Under the pieces are notes generated by a model. That model was not told the DNA's origin. It ran no database searches and saw only the letters and a list, made by a program, of their open reading frames with translations. The translations under genes were made by a program, and so were the position numbers. A stretch of 46,161 nucleotides of DNA, taken from IMG/VR virus record IMGVR_UViG_3300048908_000317, one strand, 5' to 3'. Shown in pieces: positions 1 through 6,805 of this stretch. The stretch comes from a virus. Each line of letters starts with the position of its first letter. Position 1 is the stretch's first letter.

Positions 1-127
1 CCTTCGCGCGCAGCCCGCTCGCATCGGCGCTCCATAGCTGCGCCTCGGCCCTCAGGTCGCGCGCGATCTCGTGCAGCAGTACGCAGACGCGAAACCGCGC
101 CCACAGCGTGAGTGAGTCTTCCATTGG
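1..127. repeat. Terminal direct repeat, copy 1 (identical to 46035-46161)
   Basis: Read directly: ccttcgcgcgcagcccgctcgcatcggcgctccatagc...gtgagtgagtcttccattgg occurs at both ends. Confidence 0.95.
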
Positions 128-151
128 CCTCCTCCCTGGAGGTTCGTTCTG

Positions 152-463
152 ATGCCGGCCTCACTGTCGCTCACGGCTGAGGAAACCGCCAAGCAAGGAA
201 TCACGCTGGCGATGAAAGCTTTCGAAAGACCCGGAAAGCAGGTCGCGACCGCCAACGCGATGGGCGTCGCCGAGTCGACGATCTCCAAGCTGAAGAACGG
301 CCCGATGGCCGAGGTAATCACGATGCTCGCCCACGGCGGCCTGAAGGTCGTTCCCTCGGACTACGAGACGCTCGACCCCCACGCGGCCGAATTCCTGAAG
401 CGGCTGCACGCCAAGGTCACGCACCTGCAGCCCGATCTCCTCTGGAGGCCCGACGCACCATGA
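152..463 (+). CDS. CII-like HTH transcriptional regulator
   Basis: 103 aa. GGAGG 10 nt upstream of ATG. Segment ATANAMGVAESTISKLKNGPMAEVITMLAHGGLKVV resembles lambda CII (TAEAVGVDKSQISRWKRDWIPKFSMLLAVLEWGV). Sits downstream of cro as in lambdoid phages. Confidence 0.6.
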   Translation: MPASLSLTAEETAKQGITLAMKAFERPGKQVATANAMGVAESTISKLKNGPMAEVITMLAHGGLKVVPSDYETLDPHAAEFLKRLHAKVTHLQPDLLWRPDAP

Positions 464-771
464 GCACATACACACCGGCGCCGGGCTCCGTCGCGGCGCG
501 CGTCATTGAGTTCGTTCGCAAGCAGCCCCGCGGTTGGGTGCCGGCGATGCAGATCAAGTGCGAGCTCGGGATCGGCGACAAGATCGCCGCCGCGCTGGCC
601 CCGGCGCTCCGACACGGGCTACTCGAAAGCCAAACCGCGGTGGGCCGCACGTACTACCGCCTGCCGTCGCCGAAGCGGGCGACGCACCGCTTCCAGCTCA
701 ATCCCGTCTGGCCGCCTGGCTTCGTTTCGAAGTGGGACGCCGTCGCGCGCGAAGCAGCGAACGCATCATGA
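460..771 (+). CDS. Hypothetical protein, possible winged-helix DNA-binding
   Basis: 103 aa. ATGA overlap with the upstream gene, GC3-rich frame. Confidence 0.6.
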   Translation: MSTYTPAPGSVAARVIEFVRKQPRGWVPAMQIKCELGIGDKIAAALAPALRHGLLESQTAVGRTYYRLPSPKRATHRFQLNPVWPPGFVSKWDAVAREAANAS

Positions 772-1016
772 GCAGCCATCGCCAACTCGGCGCCGAGATC
801 ATGGCGGCCCTCATGTGGGGGCCGAAGACCGTGCCGCAACTCGTGGAGCACGTCGGCGCGAAAGAGCGGAACGTGCGGCAGTGGGTCGACGTCCTCAAGC
901 AGTCCGGCGTCGTCTACGTCCGCGAGGTTGCCCCTCGAAACGAGAAGGGCGGCGGGCGGCTTTACGCGGTGCAGTCGACGCCGTTCCATTTCGATGATGC
1001 TGGAGGTGAGGCATGA
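768..1016 (+). CDS. Hypothetical winged-helix (MarR/ArsR-like) protein
   Basis: 82 aa. ATGA overlap with the upstream gene. MAALMWGPKTVPQLVEHVGAKERNVRQWVDVLKQSGVVYV reads like a wHTH. Confidence 0.55.
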   Translation: MSSHRQLGAEIMAALMWGPKTVPQLVEHVGAKERNVRQWVDVLKQSGVVYVREVAPRNEKGGGRLYAVQSTPFHFDDAGGEA

Positions 1017-1165
1017 CCCTCCTCCTGCGCCCGCGCGGCCGCGGAAATTGGGTTGTTGTCACCATGCGCCTTGACGGCGCGCGCGTCGAATCCCTGTTCG
1101 TGCAGCCGGGCCAGACCTTCTTCTTCGGCGGCCTGACCTGGCGGATCGTGAGCGTGCTGCCGTGA
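1013..1165 (+). CDS. Small hypothetical protein (50 aa)
   Basis: Hand-translated MTLLLRPRGRGNWVVVTMRLDGARVESLFVQPGQTFFFGGLTWRIVSVLP. ATGA overlap upstream and GTGA overlap downstream. Below the ORF-track length cutoff. Confidence 0.45.
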   Translation: MTLLLRPRGRGNWVVVTMRLDGARVESLFVQPGQTFFFGGLTWRIVSVLP

Positions 1166-1323
1166 GCGACTACCCCGTCATCGATCCAGTCGTCCAGGAC
1201 TTCAACGCGCGCTGCATGCTCTACGCGCTCCTGAAGTTGGACTGGCTCGAGGAGCACCCGGACGCCTCAGCCGACGAGGTCGAGGCCGCCATGCGCCGTA
1301 TTGCACTGGAGCTGAATCTGTGA
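1162..1323 (+). CDS. Small hypothetical acidic protein (53 aa)
   Basis: GTG start overlapping the previous stop. VSDYPVIDPVVQDFNARCMLYALLKLDWLEEHPDASADEVEAAMRRIALELNL. Its stop overlaps the GTG of the next gene. Confidence 0.45.
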   Translation: MSDYPVIDPVVQDFNARCMLYALLKLDWLEEHPDASADEVEAAMRRIALELNL

Positions 1324-2066
1324 AGCGCCCCTCGTTTCAGTTCTACCCCGGCGACTGGCAGGTGAACAGCAACCTGCGTCGGTGCACCCACGCCGAGAAG
1401 GGCGCCTGGGTCGACGTCATGGTGCTGATGCACGATCAGGATGACGAGTACGGCGTGCTGCGCTGGCCGCTGAAAGAGATCGCGCAATCGATCGGGGCGC
1501 CGGTCGCGCTCCTGCGAGGGCTGGTTGCGAAGGGAGTTCTGAAGGGCAGCGACTCGGAACTCACCGAGGCCTACATCTACACGCCGCGCAGCGGGCGCAA
1601 GGATGGCGAGCCTGTCACCTTGATCGCACCCCAACCCGGGCCGGTCTGGTACTCCAGTCGCATGGTGAAGGACGAGTATGTCCGCACCATTCGAGGCGAA
1701 GCGTCGCGCTTTGGTGCGGACGATGGTGACGCACCAAAGGCTCAGTCAAAGCCCGCACCAAAGCCCCCCTTTGGTGACGGCTCTTCATCTTCATCTTCAT
1801 CTTCGAAGAAGACTTCGTCTTCTGCGCGCGGGGCGCGGCGATGCCCGGACGATTTCGTCGTGGCCCCCGATCTGCGGGCCTGGGCAGCGGAGCACGCGCC
1901 GGGGCTCGACCTTGAGCGCGAGACATCGAAGTTCCGAGACTACACCTTCTCCTCGGCACGGACGGACTGGTCTGCCACGTGGCGGAACTGGATCCGTGAG
2001 GCTTACGACCGCCGCGGCAACCGCATGCCGATGACGCAGGGCGACGTCTTCGCGGGGGCCCGATGA
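1320..2066 (+). CDS. DUF1376/YdaU-family phage replication (initiator/primosomal) protein
   Basis: 248 aa. N-terminus KRPSFQFYPGDWQVNSNLRRCTHAEKGAWVDVMVLM is the characteristic YdaU/DUF1376 signature. Poly-Ser linker, then a C-terminal domain ending DWSATWRNWIREA. Lies just upstream of the helicase. Confidence 0.65.
   Translation: MKRPSFQFYPGDWQVNSNLRRCTHAEKGAWVDVMVLMHDQDDEYGVLRWPLKEIAQSIGAPVALLRGLVAKGVLKGSDSELTEAYIYTPRSGRKDGEPVTLIAPQPGPVWYSSRMVKDEYVRTIRGEASRFGADDGDAPKAQSKPAPKPPFGDGSSSSSSSSKKTSSSARGARRCPDDFVVAPDLRAWAAEHAPGLDLERETSKFRDYTFSSARTDWSATWRNWIREAYDRRGNRMPMTQGDVFAGAR
1782..1805 (+). repeat. Hexanucleotide microsatellite (tcttca x3 + tcttcg) encoding a poly-Ser linker
   Basis: Read directly. 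In frame within the DUF1376 gene (SSSSSSSS). Confidence 0.85.
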
Positions 2067-2425
2067 TCGGCCACGAACCCCTCATCGCCATGCGCCGCAA
2101 GGGCAGGGTGCCTCAGCGCGTCTACGTCGAGACCCGAGCCTGCCTCGATCGCCGACTGGCGCGCGAGTGGCCCGAGGTTAGCCCGCAATCGGCCTTCGTC
2201 CTCGTCGATCCCGAGGAGTCCGTCGTACGCCTCGACCTGCGCTGCCTCGTGGGGCTGCCGGTGGAGGTCGACGGGCTGGACAGCCAGCGCGTGCACGAGG
2301 TCTTCGCGGCCTGCGTGAAGGCCGGAGCTTCCCGCGTCATCGGCAGCACCTACCGCATGCGCGGGGAGTGCGCCCAGACCTTCGAAACCCTGGACTCGGA
2401 AGGGGCCCTCACATGGCACGAGTGA
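2063..2425 (+). CDS. Hypothetical protein of the replication module
   Basis: 120 aa. ATGA overlap with the upstream gene. No motif recognised. Confidence 0.6.
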   Translation: MIGHEPLIAMRRKGRVPQRVYVETRACLDRRLAREWPEVSPQSAFVLVDPEESVVRLDLRCLVGLPVEVDGLDSQRVHEVFAACVKAGASRVIGSTYRMRGECAQTFETLDSEGALTWHE

Positions 2426-3339
2426 TCGACCACGACGACATCGACTGGGGCGCCTACGAGGCGCAGACCGAGCTGCGGGTCAAGGTGCGGCCGGCGTCGA
2501 TTTTCGCGGACGACCTCGTCGCCCACTTCGCGCCGAAGAAGCCGAACTTCCGGCGGGCCCGGATGACGTCGACGAAGCTGCGCACATGCCTGGACTTCCG
2601 CCCGAAGGAGGCGACGGTCTGGGCCGGCTACAACGGGCACCGGAAGTCGATGCTGCTCGGGCAGGTCGTCCTCGACCTCTGCGCCATGGGCGAGCGCGTG
2701 CTCTCCGCATCGTTCGAAATGGATCCGAGCGAGGACCTCGCCCGCAAGGCGCGGCAATGCTTCGCGACCTCCTGCCCGAGCGAGCGGCAGCTGCGCGCCT
2801 TCTCGCAGTGGACGGACGACCGGTTGTGGATGTTCGACCACCGCGGCCGGATCAAGCCGAGCCAGACGCTGACGCTCGCGCGCTTCTTCGCCGAGGAGTT
2901 GCAGGGCCAGCACCTGGTGATCGACTCGATGATGATGGTCTGCGCGAGCGAGGAAAGCCTCGACGAGCAGAAGCAGTTCATGACCGACCTGGTGCGTGTC
3001 GCGCTCGAGACGGGCCTGCATATCCACCTCGTGGCGCACTGCAAGAAGCCCCTCGACGAGGGCAAGCCGCCGACGAAGTACGACATCCGCGGCTCCGCGG
3101 CCATCGCCGACCAGGCGCAGAACATCGTCATGGTCTGGGCCAACCGCGCGAAGAAGGCAGGCCTGGAGGCCAACCCGCACGACGAGGCGCTGCTCGCGAA
3201 GCCCGACGCCCTCGTGTGCATCGAGAAGCAACGCAACGGCCAGTTCGAGGGGAAGCTGGCGCTGTGGTGCGACGAGGCCAGCTTCCGATTCACCGACGAG
3301 CGCACCACGCCGCTCGAACCCTACCCCATCGAAATCTGA
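2413..3339 (+). CDS. DnaB-C-terminal/RecA-fold replicative helicase-like protein
   Basis: Walker-A-like GYNGHRKS, Walker B HLVIDSMMM, HLVAHCKK, RGSAAIADQAQNIVMVW and EKQRNG motifs typical of the DnaB C-terminal domain. Start chosen at ATG 2413 (GGAAGGGG upstream). A GTG at 2368 is an alternative. Confidence 0.7.
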   Translation: MARVIDHDDIDWGAYEAQTELRVKVRPASIFADDLVAHFAPKKPNFRRARMTSTKLRTCLDFRPKEATVWAGYNGHRKSMLLGQVVLDLCAMGERVLSASFEMDPSEDLARKARQCFATSCPSERQLRAFSQWTDDRLWMFDHRGRIKPSQTLTLARFFAEELQGQHLVIDSMMMVCASEESLDEQKQFMTDLVRVALETGLHIHLVAHCKKPLDEGKPPTKYDIRGSAAIADQAQNIVMVWANRAKKAGLEANPHDEALLAKPDALVCIEKQRNGQFEGKLALWCDEASFRFTDERTTPLEPYPIEI

Positions 3340-3348
3340 GAGGTGCGT

Positions 3349-4044
3349 ATGAGCGACCGCTACCTTCCTGCCAGCACGAATTGCGGCAATCCATGCGGCA
3401 GCGGCCCCCGCGAGGGAGCTCATGTCGGCGCTCGGATCGGATGTGTCGGATCCACCACCGACACCGGCAACCCGCAGACCCCGGCCGTGACGAAACCAGA
3501 CGTTTCCCCGCGCGCGCACGTTTGGCCGGCCTACATCGGCATCGACCCCGGCCTCACCGGCGCGATCGCGCTCGTGAGCCACGGCCTCCTCGAAGTCGAA
3601 GACATCCCGGTGTGCGCGAGCGGGCAGGGCGGCTCGATGGGCAAGCACGTCGACGCGCGCAATCTCGCCGCGCTGCTGCGCGAGTGGTCCGCCCGGCACG
3701 GCTTCGCGATGCGCTGTGTGCGTGCTGTCCTCGAGCGGCCGATCCCCAACGCCACGCGGCCCGGCGGCAGGACCGCCCCGGCCGTGACCATCGCACAGCA
3801 GTTCGAGACGTACGGCGCCATCCGCGGCGTGCTGGCCACGCTGGGCATCGAGGCGCACTTCGTCACCCCGCAGGGGTGGAAAAAGGGGTTCGGCCTGAAG
3901 GGCGGCGACAACGCGAAGGTTGAGGCGCGCCGCTGCGCCATGCGCCTATACGAGCGCGCCACGCCGCAACTCTCGCGCGTGAAGGATCACAACCGCGCGG
4001 AGTCGATCCTCATCGCGCACTACGGCGAAGGAGAGCTGTCGTGA
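3349..4044 (+). CDS. RuvC-like Holliday junction resolvase
   Basis: IGIDPGLTGAIAL catalytic-Asp motif, TPQGWKK, C-terminal AESILIAHYG. The first ~60 aa are low-complexity, so the true start may be further downstream. Confidence 0.6.
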   Translation: MSDRYLPASTNCGNPCGSGPREGAHVGARIGCVGSTTDTGNPQTPAVTKPDVSPRAHVWPAYIGIDPGLTGAIALVSHGLLEVEDIPVCASGQGGSMGKHVDARNLAALLREWSARHGFAMRCVRAVLERPIPNATRPGGRTAPAVTIAQQFETYGAIRGVLATLGIEAHFVTPQGWKKGFGLKGGDNAKVEARRCAMRLYERATPQLSRVKDHNRAESILIAHYGEGELS

Positions 4045-4349
4045 ACTGCAAGAAGGGCGACATCGCCATGTACGTGGGCACCGAGTACCCGCACGCGCAG
4101 GGGCAGGTGTTCCGGTGTCTCAGCTGGATCACCGATCTCCAGGGCCGGTCAGGCTGGATGACCGATCCGCCGCCACCCGTCAAGGGCATGCGCGGCTTCG
4201 CTGATGCCGTGCTGCGGCCGATCCGCGATCCGGGCAACGATGCCGTCGACGAGATGGTGCAGCGCTGCGCCACGCCGCCGAGGGCGCTCCCGGCTCCGAC
4301 CGAGACATGGAAGCACGACAGCTTCAACGGCTGGAGGCGCGCGCAATGA
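4041..4349 (+). CDS. Hypothetical protein
   Basis: 102 aa. GTGA overlap with the upstream gene. Confidence 0.55.
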   Translation: MNCKKGDIAMYVGTEYPHAQGQVFRCLSWITDLQGRSGWMTDPPPPVKGMRGFADAVLRPIRDPGNDAVDEMVQRCATPPRALPAPTETWKHDSFNGWRRAQ

Positions 4350-4585
4350 CCTGCGAAGCCTGCGAAGCCGCCCACCGCAAGGTCTGGCACATCTTCCACG
4401 CCGGCTGCAAGGGCTGCGCGGCCCGCGCCGTCGTCCGCGGGCAGAACTACGACGAGTCCATGAGGCAGAACCGCCAGACCTGGCGTTACCGCGCGGAGCT
4501 CCAGATGCACGGCCTCACGCACGAGGACGTCAAGGCCGAGGCCGCGCTCGATGTCCTCCACCAAGCCGAAAGGGCCACGACATGA
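4346..4585 (+). CDS. Hypothetical Cys-rich protein
   Basis: 79 aa. ATGA overlap. MTCEACEAAHRKVWHIFHAGCKGC suggests a zinc-binding motif. Confidence 0.55.
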   Translation: MTCEACEAAHRKVWHIFHAGCKGCAARAVVRGQNYDESMRQNRQTWRYRAELQMHGLTHEDVKAEAALDVLHQAERATT

Positions 4586-4818
4586 ACACGAAGGAACTCT
4601 CACGCCTTTGCGCCCTGGATCAGCAGGTGACGCACCTACGCTATCTCCTGGAACAAGTCGACGTTTTCGTGGACGGCTCCGCCAATAGCTTCTCGCTCCG
4701 GCCGTTCGCGCCAGGGTCGGTCTTCAAGCCCGAGACGATCAAGCAGGTCAAGGCCCTCCTGAAGCGCGACATCGAGGAACGCCTCGGCCCGGCGCAGCAG
4801 GAATTCGAGCGCGCTTGA
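4582..4818 (+). CDS. Hypothetical protein
   Basis: 78 aa. ATGA overlap with the upstream gene. Confidence 0.55.
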   Translation: MNTKELSRLCALDQQVTHLRYLLEQVDVFVDGSANSFSLRPFAPGSVFKPETIKQVKALLKRDIEERLGPAQQEFERA

Positions 4819-4832
4819 ACAGGAGCCACGAC

Positions 4833-5156
4833 ATGAGCCTGGTTCGTTGGGATGAACTCTCCCCGGCGCGCCGCGCCGAGATCAACACCAGTTGCCTCGC
4901 CTGCTGCGGCATCAGCGCGGACGACCTCCACGCGATGGTGCGCGGCATGGGCGGCAACCCCGATGCGCAGTTGTTCGAGGCGAAGGCGTACAACCCCGAC
5001 GACCCCGCAAGCGCGCCGTGGGCTGACGCCAAGATCATCGGCACCATCGTGGCGATCGTGGCCGTCATCTTCGCGCTGGCGGCCGACGGTTGCTTCCACA
5101 TCGCCGGGGACGTGGGGCGCATGGTCAGCAACGTGCTCGGGTGGTTCGCGAGGTGA
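4833..5156 (+). CDS. Hypothetical protein with C-terminal transmembrane helix
   Basis: AGGAG upstream of ATG 4833. IIGTIVAIVAVIFALAADGCF hydrophobic segment. Confidence 0.55.
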   Translation: MSLVRWDELSPARRAEINTSCLACCGISADDLHAMVRGMGGNPDAQLFEAKAYNPDDPASAPWADAKIIGTIVAIVAVIFALAADGCFHIAGDVGRMVSNVLGWFAR

Positions 5157-5161
5157 CAGCC

Positions 5162-5521
5162 ATGTGGGCCTTCATGCAGGCTTTCGCGATCATCCCGCCG
5201 CAGCCGCGCAGCCTCGTCACGCTCGTGGCGCGCGCGCTGCCCGACGAACGCGTCAAGGCCATCGCCGAGTGCAAGGGCAGGGAGAGCTCGCGCACCTGCG
5301 CCAAGCGCTACGGCATCGCCCACACCACCGTCATCCGCATCTGGAACGGCGAGCTCCACGCCGCCCCAAGGCGCGCGAACTGGATCCGCATCTCGGATGA
5401 CACCGTCGAAGAGATCCGCGTCCGCCACGAGGAGGCCGGCTGGAGCTACGACCAGCTCTCGAAGTTCTACGGCCTGCCCAAGGCAACCATCCAGGCGCTT
5501 TGCAAGTACAGGAGACGTTGA
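5162..5521 (+). CDS. Putative DNA-binding protein with two HTH-like segments (candidate late regulator)
   Basis: 119 aa. SRTCAKRYGIAHTTVIRIWNG and WSYDQLSKFYGLPKATIQALCK both read as HTH. Lies between the early genes and terS. Confidence 0.5.
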   Translation: MWAFMQAFAIIPPQPRSLVTLVARALPDERVKAIAECKGRESSRTCAKRYGIAHTTVIRIWNGELHAAPRRANWIRISDDTVEEIRVRHEEAGWSYDQLSKFYGLPKATIQALCKYRRR

Positions 5522-6129
5522 TGGATCACTACGACACCCTCGGCGTGCCGCACGATGCGGACGACGCTGCGATCAAGAAGGGCTTCCGAAAGGCGGCCAG
5601 CGCCGCGCACCCCGACCGCGAAGGCGGCGATCCCGCAGCCATGCAGCGCGTGAACCGCGCCTACCAGGTTCTCAGCGACCCGAACCGCCGCGCGCAGTAC
5701 GACGCCAGTGGCGACGACACCGAGCAGAAGCCCGAGGTCGACCAGGCGCGCGACATGGCGCTCGAGGTGCTGAAGGCTGCCATGCAACAGGAGGGCGACG
5801 TCATCCGCTTCGCGCGCGGCCTGCTCGTGGAGCACCGCGCCAAGATGGTGGCTGCCGTCCGTGACGCCGCCCTGCGCGTGGCCAAGCTGCAGCAGCGCCG
5901 CGGCCGCATCAAGACGCGGGACGGCGCGACGAACCTCGCCCACCTGCTGATCGACGAGGCGATCGGGCAACTGAACGCCGGCATCGCGAAGGCCGAGGAA
6001 CAGCAGCGGCTCGTCCCCAAGGCGCTGATCCTGATCGATGCGCACGAGAGCGAGGAGCAGGAGGAGATCAGGCCGCACATGCAGTTTTTCAGATCGCAGG
6101 GCTTTACGAGCGCGACGGGAGCATGGTGA
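5521..6129 (+). CDS. J-domain (DnaJ-like) co-chaperone protein
   Basis: MDHYDTLGVPHDADDAAIKKGFRKAASAAHPDREGGDPAAMQRVNRAYQVLSDPNRRAQYD is a canonical J-domain with the HPD tripeptide. The ~130-aa C-terminus is helical and unrecognised. Confidence 0.8.
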   Translation: MDHYDTLGVPHDADDAAIKKGFRKAASAAHPDREGGDPAAMQRVNRAYQVLSDPNRRAQYDASGDDTEQKPEVDQARDMALEVLKAAMQQEGDVIRFARGLLVEHRAKMVAAVRDAALRVAKLQQRRGRIKTRDGATNLAHLLIDEAIGQLNAGIAKAEEQQRLVPKALILIDAHESEEQEEIRPHMQFFRSQGFTSATGAW

Positions 6130-6326
6130 TGGACATCGCAGAACAGACCGCCCGCCTGATGTTCCCCGAGGAACTGCGGATCCCGGGCAACGCCGGCTAC
6201 CAGCTCTGGTGCATGGCACAGGAGCGCCGCTTCCACGAGCAGGGCCCCGCGCGGCTCAACCCGATCATCGCGTGGGCCGTCGCCGCCAATGGCGGGCGCT
6301 ACATCGCCTGCGCACGGGGGCGGTGA
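6123..6326 (+). CDS. Hypothetical protein
   Basis: 67 aa. Overlaps the neighbours at both ends. Confidence 0.5.
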   Translation: MVMDIAEQTARLMFPEELRIPGNAGYQLWCMAQERRFHEQGPARLNPIIAWAVAANGGRYIACARGR

Positions 6327-6805
6327 TGGCCAAGCTCGGGCGCCCGACCAATTACACGCCGGAGATCGCTGCGGCCCTCCTCGCTGGCCTGGAGGAGGGC
6401 AAGAGCCTGAGCGAGATCTGCAGGAAGACAGGGATGCCGGGGCGTTCCACCGTCCACCGCTGGCTGACCGAGCCCCAGCACGCAGAGTTCCGGGACAGAT
6501 ACGCGCGTTCCCGGGACATCGGGCTGGACGTCATGGCCGATCAGCTGCTCAAGATCGCGAGCACTCCGAAGGTGGGCAAGACGAAGAAGACCACGCCGAA
6601 CGGCGTTGAGATCACCGAGGGCGACATGGTCGCGCACCGCCGCCTGATGGTCGACACGATGAAGTGGTACCTCTCGAAGCTGGCACCGCGCCGCTACGGC
6701 GACCGCCTCGAGCTCGCTGGCAGCGTCGCCTTCGACCGGGCGGGAGCCCTGAAGCGCGCTCGTGACCGCTCGAAGACAGGCGAAGGCGAGGGCGGCCCCG
6801 AGTGA
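6326..6805 (+). CDS. terS: Terminase small subunit
   Basis: MAKLGRPTNYTPEIAAALLAGLEEGKSLSEICRKTGMPGRSTVHRWLTEPQHAEFRDRYARSRDIGLDVMADQLLKIAS matches the widespread HTH-type small terminase signature. Lies directly upstream of terL. Confidence 0.75.
   Translation: MAKLGRPTNYTPEIAAALLAGLEEGKSLSEICRKTGMPGRSTVHRWLTEPQHAEFRDRYARSRDIGLDVMADQLLKIASTPKVGKTKKTTPNGVEITEGDMVAHRRLMVDTMKWYLSKLAPRRYGDRLELAGSVAFDRAGALKRARDRSKTGEGEGGPE

Noticed and set aside
3349-3530. N-terminal ~60 codons of the RuvC-like ORF as a separate domain
   Set aside because: The segment is low-complexity (GNPCGSGPREGAHVGARIGCVGSTTDTGNPQTPAV) and precedes the catalytic IGIDPG motif, which normally lies at the extreme N-terminus. 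It is probably 5-prime extension of the ORF rather than real protein. No unambiguous internal start was found, so the long form is reported with a caveat.
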